From Gammaproteobacteria bacterium (GTDB lineage Bacteria > Pseudomonadota > Gammaproteobacteria > Xanthomonadales > SZUA-36): 64,000 bases of DNA. Shown here piece by piece: positions 58,549-64,000 of this stretch. Position 1 is the stretch's first letter; every line of letters starts with the position of its first letter. The notes under the pieces are model-generated. The model was not told the origin of the DNA. It worked only from the letters and a program-made list of their open reading frames with translations, and searched no databases. The stretch lies in the NCBI GenBank assembly GCA_024279945.1, contig JAJRRA010000071.1, forward strand, positions 2,171-66,170, given 5' to 3'. A program made the position numbers and the translations under genes.

Positions 58549-59093
58549 GTAGCGTGATTCATCTCAATATGTTAAAAATTCTGACCCTGGCAGCCATACT
58601 CACCCTGCTGACCGCATGTGACAACAACCAGGATGACCTGGGCCGTTACATTGCTGAAATCAAGGCGCGGCCGGCGACCCCGATTCCGCCGATACCTGCG
58701 GTCCGTACCTATACTCCTTACGTGTATAACGGCTTGCGAGGTCGTGATCCTTTCCGTCAGTCAACCAGTGAAGGCAGCGAAGAGGAAGTAGGTGCTGGTC
58801 CGAGTGAAGACGGTCCGCATCCTGATTTTACTCGAACCCGGGAATACCTGGAAAAATTCGAGCTGGACACTTTAATGATGGTTGGAACCTTTGCCAAAGG
58901 AACATCACAATGGGTTCTGATTCGCGATCCGGATGGCACGATTCATCGGGTTGCTGAGGGAAATTATATGGGCAAAAACTTTGGAAAAGTAAGTGCGATT
59001 TCACCGGACGAGGTGGAACTAAGCGAGTTTATTGCCGATGGTACGGGCGGATGGCTGGTCAGGTCTGCTTCTTTGGTTCTGGGCGGGAGTTGA
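58545..59093 (+). CDS. pilP: type IV pilus assembly lipoprotein PilP
   Basis: 182-aa ORF. Lipobox LLTAC and RDPF motif (GRDPFRQ). Operon position. Confidence 0.8.
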   Translation: MSSVIHLNMLKILTLAAILTLLTACDNNQDDLGRYIAEIKARPATPIPPIPAVRTYTPYVYNGLRGRDPFRQSTSEGSEEEVGAGPSEDGPHPDFTRTREYLEKFELDTLMMVGTFAKGTSQWVLIRDPDGTIHRVAEGNYMGKNFGKVSAISPDEVELSEFIADGTGGWLVRSASLVLGGS

Positions 59094-59192
59094 GACCGGA
59101 TGCTTGAGTTATTAACCTTCAGAGGCAATGCGATGAGCAGCCATAAGGAACGCGTGACAATTCAACCGCAACACTGTGAACGAGGGCGCAGC

Positions 59193-61301
59193 ATGCGTAA
59201 TTCAGGAAAAGGATTTCTGACGGGTTTGGGCCTGTTATTGATGGTACTGCCGATGACGGCGGCTTTCGCAAGTACCAGGGTGACAGGCATCAATTACAGC
59301 AGTACGGCGGACGGTGGTGTGAAGATCACTCTGCAGACCAGCGGTGATGTGCCCCAGGTCAGTGTATTTGCTACCCAAAGTCCAGCGCGGATCGTACTGG
59401 ATCTTGCCGACACCCAAAGTGAGGCAGGAACGGATGCGGTCACTGTCGGACTGGGGGCAGTTCAACAATATTCCGCTATTGCAGCCGGTGGCAGAACCCG
59501 GTTGCTGGTTGATCTATCAGAGCTGACTGCTTATGACTACACCGCAGAATCCGGCCAGGTGGTGCTGACCATTGCAGATGGTGGGGCCAGCAACTATTCA
59601 AATGCCGGTGCGAGTACTTCCGCTTACAACGTTACCGGAGTTGATTTCCGCCGCGGTGAAGAGGGGCAGGCGCGGGTTATTGTGAGCATGGATCGTCCCG
59701 GTGCCAGTATTTCGGTGAAGGAAGGTACAAACAACCTCATCCTCAATATTTTCAATGCCGGTGTTCCTGAGCGTCTGAATCAACGGCTGGATGTGATCGA
59801 TTTTGCCACACCTGTGCGTTTGATTGACACAGCGCCGGTCGACAATACGGTTCAACTTGTCATGACAACAACGGGCATTTATGAACACCTGGAGTATGAA
59901 TCAGGTAACGATATCGTTGTTGAGCTCAAGCCGGTTAAAAAGTCCGTCCAGTCAGTGGAAGAAGTCAAGGTCAAGTTCTTTCAAGACAAAACCTATGAAG
60001 GCACCAAGGTAACCTTCAATTTCCAGGATATCCCGGTGCGCTCTGTTCTGCAGTTAATCGCAGATGTTTCCGATCTGAATATTGTTGTTGCAGACAGTGT
60101 GCAGGGTAATCTGACGCTGCGCTTGACCAATGTTCCCTGGGATCAGTCGCTCGATATTATTATGGATGCCCGTAATTTGGACATGCGGCAGAACGGCAAT
60201 GTCATCTGGATTGGCCCAACCTCAGAAATCGCCGCCCGGGAGCAGCAACTGTTGCAGGCTCAGCTTGACCGGCAGATTCTGGAACCCTTGCAAACGGTGC
60301 TCATTCCAATCAGTTACGCCAAGGCAGAAGATCTGGTATCGCTTATTCTGGACTCTACTTCTGAAGCCGGCAGTGAATACGGACTGCTGTCCGAACGTGG
60401 TTCCGTTACTCTGGATGAGCGGACCAATACGCTGTTGCTTACCGATACTGCAGAAAAGATTGTGGAAGTCCAGAAACTCATCACGCAACTGGATTATGCT
60501 GTTCGCCAGGTTCAGATCGAATCGCGTATCGTGATTGCAAGTTCTGAATTTGCCCATGAATTGGGTGTTCGCTTTGGTGTGAGCCATTGGAACGTGGGTA
60601 AAAACGTTGGGGTCATAGCTGCCGATGGCAGAGCGGCTGACATCATCAACCCCCGCATCAACCCGCCCGGTACCGGCCTGATTGATATACCTTCCTATCC
60701 GAATCGTTATCAGGTTAACCTGCCTTCGCCAAGTTCCAGTGCGGCGACGCTTGGCCTGTCTTTCCTGAGTGGAGACTGGTTGCTGGATCTGGAGCTGTCT
60801 GCACTGGAAGCCCAGGGTGAGGGTGAGGTGATTTCGACCCCACGCATTGTCACGGCCAACCAGGCTGAAGCCTTTATCCAGCAGGGTGTGGAGATCCCGT
60901 ATGAGGAAGCAACTTCATCAGGCGCCACCTCGGTACAGTTCAAAGAAGCCGTGTTGGAGCTTAAAGTCACCCCGTTGATTACGCCGGACAATCGTATTCA
61001 GTTGGATCTTGGTATCAAGCAGGACACGGTGGGTGAGATATTCCAGACCGCAAGAGGTGGTTCTGTACCCTCAATCGACACCCGTGAGTTAAGTACAACG
61101 GTGTTGGTTGCCAACGGTGATACGGTCGTACTGGGTGGAATATTCCAGGACGAGAACAATTCGAAAGAAGAAAAAGTACCGTGGCTGGGAGATATTCCGG
61201 GTCTTGGTGTACTGTTCCGGCGCCGTTCCAATGAAACAAAGAAACGTGAGTTGCTGATCTTTATTACTCCAACCATTGTGGAGGATCGCCCCGTACAATA
61301 A
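59193..61301 (+). CDS. pilQ: type IV pilus secretin PilQ
   Basis: Track start is 59100. ATG 59193 gives MRNSGKGFLTGLGLLLMVLPMTAAFA (signal peptide). Two AMIN-like repeats and the secretin C-domain (VLGGIFQD...VPWLGDIPGLGVLFR). Confidence 0.9.
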   Translation: MRNSGKGFLTGLGLLLMVLPMTAAFASTRVTGINYSSTADGGVKITLQTSGDVPQVSVFATQSPARIVLDLADTQSEAGTDAVTVGLGAVQQYSAIAAGGRTRLLVDLSELTAYDYTAESGQVVLTIADGGASNYSNAGASTSAYNVTGVDFRRGEEGQARVIVSMDRPGASISVKEGTNNLILNIFNAGVPERLNQRLDVIDFATPVRLIDTAPVDNTVQLVMTTTGIYEHLEYESGNDIVVELKPVKKSVQSVEEVKVKFFQDKTYEGTKVTFNFQDIPVRSVLQLIADVSDLNIVVADSVQGNLTLRLTNVPWDQSLDIIMDARNLDMRQNGNVIWIGPTSEIAAREQQLLQAQLDRQILEPLQTVLIPISYAKAEDLVSLILDSTSEAGSEYGLLSERGSVTLDERTNTLLLTDTAEKIVEVQKLITQLDYAVRQVQIESRIVIASSEFAHELGVRFGVSHWNVGKNVGVIAADGRAADIINPRINPPGTGLIDIPSYPNRYQVNLPSPSSSAATLGLSFLSGDWLLDLELSALEAQGEGEVISTPRIVTANQAEAFIQQGVEIPYEEATSSGATSVQFKEAVLELKVTPLITPDNRIQLDLGIKQDTVGEIFQTARGGSVPSIDTRELSTTVLVANGDTVVLGGIFQDENNSKEEKVPWLGDIPGLGVLFRRRSNETKKRELLIFITPTIVEDRPVQ

Positions 61302-61325
61302 GTCGTCTGCTCAGATTTTTGATCA

Positions 61326-61355
61326 ACACCCGGGTAAAGCCCGGGTGTTTGCTTT
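61326..61355 (+). terminator. rho-independent terminator after pilQ
   Basis: ACACCCGGG-TAAAG-CCCGGGTGT followed by TTGCTTT. Confidence 0.6.
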
Positions 61356-61994
61356 ATGATCCAAACAAAATCTGAATTTGGTCAAGCCATGATCCCTCTG
61401 CCCTGCTCTGAATCCTGTGAACGCAACAAGGGACCCATCCTGGAAGTCCTGCGCCAGTTATTACCCTCCTGTGGAAGAATTCTTGAGATTGGTTCCGGTA
61501 CGGGTCAGCACGTGGTGTATTTTGCATCGCATTTTCCATCCCTTCAGTGGCAGCCCTCTGACCGCGATGAGTACCTGCCGGGATTGACCGCCAGGGTGGA
61601 GCAGGGGGGCAGTCCAAACATCCTTCCGCCGATAAAACTGGATGTGCTGGAACCCTGGCCGGAAGGCTTGTTTGATGCGGTTTATTCAGCCAATACGGCG
61701 CATATCATGAGTTGGGATGCAGTTTGTGCCACGTTTGCCGGGCTGGGAGAGTGCCTGATTTCAGGCGGTCTGTATTGCCTTTATGGCCCCTTCAACCAGG
61801 ATGGCCACTTTACAGCGGACTCCAACCGGGTGTTTGATCGCCATCTGAGAAGCCGTGATTCAGAAATGGGCTTGCGCGATCTCCAGGCACTTGAAGAACT
61901 GGCGAGTTTGAACCAAATGGTTTTACAGCAGAAATTTTCTATGCCGGCTAACAATCAGATTCTGGTTTTCCGGAAAGAGGGCTCTCGGGCTTGA
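61356..61994 (+). CDS. DUF938-family class I SAM-dependent methyltransferase-like protein
   Basis: 212-aa ORF. ERNKGPILEVL...ILEIGSGTGQHVVYFA...WQPSD and ...ANNQILVFRK are typical of DUF938. Confidence 0.7.
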   Translation: MIQTKSEFGQAMIPLPCSESCERNKGPILEVLRQLLPSCGRILEIGSGTGQHVVYFASHFPSLQWQPSDRDEYLPGLTARVEQGGSPNILPPIKLDVLEPWPEGLFDAVYSANTAHIMSWDAVCATFAGLGECLISGGLYCLYGPFNQDGHFTADSNRVFDRHLRSRDSEMGLRDLQALEELASLNQMVLQQKFSMPANNQILVFRKEGSRA

Positions 61995-62455
61995 ATACAT
62001 CACAATCCTCCACCAACCTGATAAGTCAGGCACGGTCCCTTTTATCCGGCCAGCAGGACATGATCGCCAACGCTGCCAATCTTGCCGCCTTGCTATTCCA
62101 CGAGTTAACTGACGTGAACTGGGTAGGTTTTTATTTTCTCAAAGACGGGCAATTAGTTGTCGGGCCGTTCCAGGGCCGACCGGCCTGTGTCACCATCCCC
62201 CTGGGCCGGGGAGTTTGTGGAACTGCTGCCGCCACGCGACAGATTCAGCGCGTCAGTGATGTACATGAATTTGATGGGCACATTGCCTGTGATGTGAATT
62301 CAAGATCGGAAATCGTTATTCCGCTGATCCGGGATGGGAAGGTATTGGGTGTGCTGGATCTGGATAGTCCCTCTCCGGGGCGTTTTGATGAGAATGACCA
62401 GACCTTGCTCTCAGAAGTAGCACAGATTTACCTGGAGTCAATCAGACGGCTGTGA
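61991..62455 (+). CDS. msrC: GAF-domain free methionine-(R)-sulfoxide reductase (YebR/MsrC family)
   Basis: 154-aa TTG-start ORF. VNWVGFYFLKDGQLVVGPFQGRPACVTIPLGRGVCGTAA...VHEFDGHIACD..SRSEIVIPL is collinear with E. coli YebR. Confidence 0.8.
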   Translation: MNTSQSSTNLISQARSLLSGQQDMIANAANLAALLFHELTDVNWVGFYFLKDGQLVVGPFQGRPACVTIPLGRGVCGTAAATRQIQRVSDVHEFDGHIACDVNSRSEIVIPLIRDGKVLGVLDLDSPSPGRFDENDQTLLSEVAQIYLESIRRL

Positions 62456-62493
62456 ATCGGAAACACAGGAAAGGCGGATTCAGGTATTCGGGC

Positions 62494-62991
62494 CTATAGT
62501 TTTTTACCCCGAATTTTATGGCGCAGAATTCCCTTGCCTGATCCGGTTTCCCAGCCGGATTCGAAATCCACTACCACCAGGGTTCCGGTTGCCAGGCGGG
62601 TAATTTTGTCGTATTCAGAGCGCGCGATCGCATCGAAGACCAGCCTTTCAGAACCAGGGTTGTGGCCCACCATGAGAATGCGGTCGGCTTCGGCAAAGCC
62701 AAAATCAAGGAATGAGTGCAGGGCTCTGGTTGATGCGCCGTAGATGGCTTGTTCGAAATGGGTAACAGACTCCAGTGCGGGATTCAGTAATAACAGAGGT
62801 GAAAGTGTCTCCCGGGTACGTCGTGCCGGGGAGCAAAGGATTCGGTCAGGCGCATCCAGGTGTTCGCTTATCCAGACGGCGACCTTACGGGCGTGTTCCG
62901 CACCGATATCACTCAGGGGCCGGTGAAAATCATCTACCCCCGGATACCAGGGTTCAGCTTTCGCATGTCTTAAAATCATCAGTCTTTGCAT
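62494..62991 (-). CDS. sixA: SixA-like histidine phosphatase
   Basis: 165-aa ORF. RHAKA catalytic motif at the N-terminus (LMILRHAKAE) and MVGHNPG. Confidence 0.7.
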   Translation of the reverse strand: MQRLMILRHAKAEPWYPGVDDFHRPLSDIGAEHARKVAVWISEHLDAPDRILCSPARRTRETLSPLLLLNPALESVTHFEQAIYGASTRALHSFLDFGFAEADRILMVGHNPGSERLVFDAIARSEYDKITRLATGTLVVVDFESGWETGSGKGILRHKIRGKKL

Positions 62992-63012
62992 ACAGTCGCT
63001 CCGAGGTGTTGC

Positions 63013-63981
63013 TTAACCTCTGTCCGTCAGGGACAGCCAGTCGCCCGGATCAATGTTGCCACCGCTGATAATGGTGCCAACTTTTTTTCCAGCAAAAATT
63101 TCCCGGTTATTCCTGATGGCTGCGATCACGGTGGCGGATGAGGGTTCGATCACCAGGCGCAATTCTTGCCAGAACAGGTACATGGCCTGACGGATGTCCT
63201 CATCACTGACGGTAAATACCTGTTTTACCTTGTGGCGGATCACGGTAAAATTGCGTACGCCGATAAGTGCCCGCAGACCGTCTGCAATGGTATCCGGTGT
63301 CCAGCACTTAACCCGCTCGCCCTGTTCCAGGCTGGCCACGGTGTCTGCGGCGCCTTCGGGCTCAACACCGAACACTTGCTGGCCGGTATTGTCCACTGCG
63401 ATAGCCGTGCCGCTGATGAGGCCACCGCCGCCGATTGGGGTAATAATCTGATCGAGCGTGGGAACCTCCTGAACCAGTTCCAGTGCTGCGGTTCCCTGTC
63501 CGGCAATGATATCGGCGTGATCGTAAGGTGGGATGGGTATCTTTCCCTCCTTTACAAGCTTTTCCAGCGCATCTTCGCGAGATTCCTGGCTCGGCGCACA
63601 GAAGTGCACAATGCCGCCATAGCGTTTGACAGAGTCAATTTTCATCGAAGCGGAGTTCTCGGGCATGACCACGTGAGCTATGCGCCGGTCCAGTTTGGCC
63701 GCCAGCGCCAGGGCGGTCCCGTGGTTCCCTGAAGAGTGTGTCGCGACTTCGCCCTCAATGCCGTTTTCGCGCAAGTGGGATATGGCATTGCTTGCCCCAC
63801 GGAATTTGAAGGCACCTGTGCGCTGAAGGTTTTCACATTTGCAGTAGAGCATACAGCCCAGTTCCTGGTTGAGGCCGGGGTCACTCAATACGGGTGTCAG
63901 TCGGGTCCAGTCAGCAATTCGGACACGTGCCAGGTGGATATCGGCAATATCCGGGATATCGGCTGTGGTATCTGGGGTCAT
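63013..63981 (-). CDS. PLP-dependent threonine/serine dehydratase (serine-racemase-like fold type II)
   Basis: 322-aa ORF. PLP-lysine motif TGAFKFRGASNA, plus SSGNHG and GGGGLISG motifs. Confidence 0.8.
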   Translation of the reverse strand: MTPDTTADIPDIADIHLARVRIADWTRLTPVLSDPGLNQELGCMLYCKCENLQRTGAFKFRGASNAISHLRENGIEGEVATHSSGNHGTALALAAKLDRRIAHVVMPENSASMKIDSVKRYGGIVHFCAPSQESREDALEKLVKEGKIPIPPYDHADIIAGQGTAALELVQEVPTLDQIITPIGGGGLISGTAIAVDNTGQQVFGVEPEGAADTVASLEQGERVKCWTPDTIADGLRALIGVRNFTVIRHKVKQVFTVSDEDIRQAMYLFWQELRLVIEPSSATVIAAIRNNREIFAGKKVGTIISGGNIDPGDWLSLTDRG

Positions 63982-64000
63982 CTCCGACTGCTCTTTATGA

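Overview
This is a chromosomal, mostly core-genome window from a Gammaproteobacterium. I infer that from synteny blocks read directly in the translations: ligase-MaoC-esterase/TetR/TonB receptor/MFS; ydbH-ynbE-ydbL; nsrR/TonB receptor/nirS/porin; rpiA/EVE/ygfA-6S RNA-zapA; ygfB-pepP-ubiH-ubiI; cysJIH/cysB-like/cysK/oxyR; trpS; mscS; ubiK/glnK; recG/ridA/spoT-rpoZ-gmk; yicC/rph-rdgB-hemW; rpmE2; gltA; ponA/pilMNOPQ. I call about 62 CDS, one ncRNA (6S RNA), several intrinsic terminators and a few operator-like palindromes. I saw no tRNA, rRNA or CRISPR array, and no transposase, integrase or phage genes. Most long antisense ORFs in the supplied track look like shadow ORFs of a GC-rich genome. 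The most interesting observation is a short minus-strand leader ORF, MNHYTNMCKCCNCPQTRRRVV, with 4 Cys in 6 consecutive codons. It sits in a textbook 1:2 / 2:3 / 3:4 alternative-hairpin arrangement that ends in a U8 intrinsic terminator about 55 nt upstream of the cysB-family regulator, which makes it a candidate cysteine-sensing transcription attenuator. Other notable points: (1) nirS carries a lipoprotein signal and an extra fused cytochrome c domain, has no heme d1 biogenesis genes nearby, and sits in an FNR/DNR-box plus NsrR context with a heme-type TonB receptor and a porin. (2) ridA is frameshifted in an A/T homopolymer. (3) A four-gene operon is linked by ATGA overlaps and ends in a secreted esterase. 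(4) Two conserved genes, ydbH and ygfA, have conserved N-termini that lie upstream of any canonical start codon. (5) glnK has no amtB partner. All functional calls come from motif and family recognition by eye. No database search was run.
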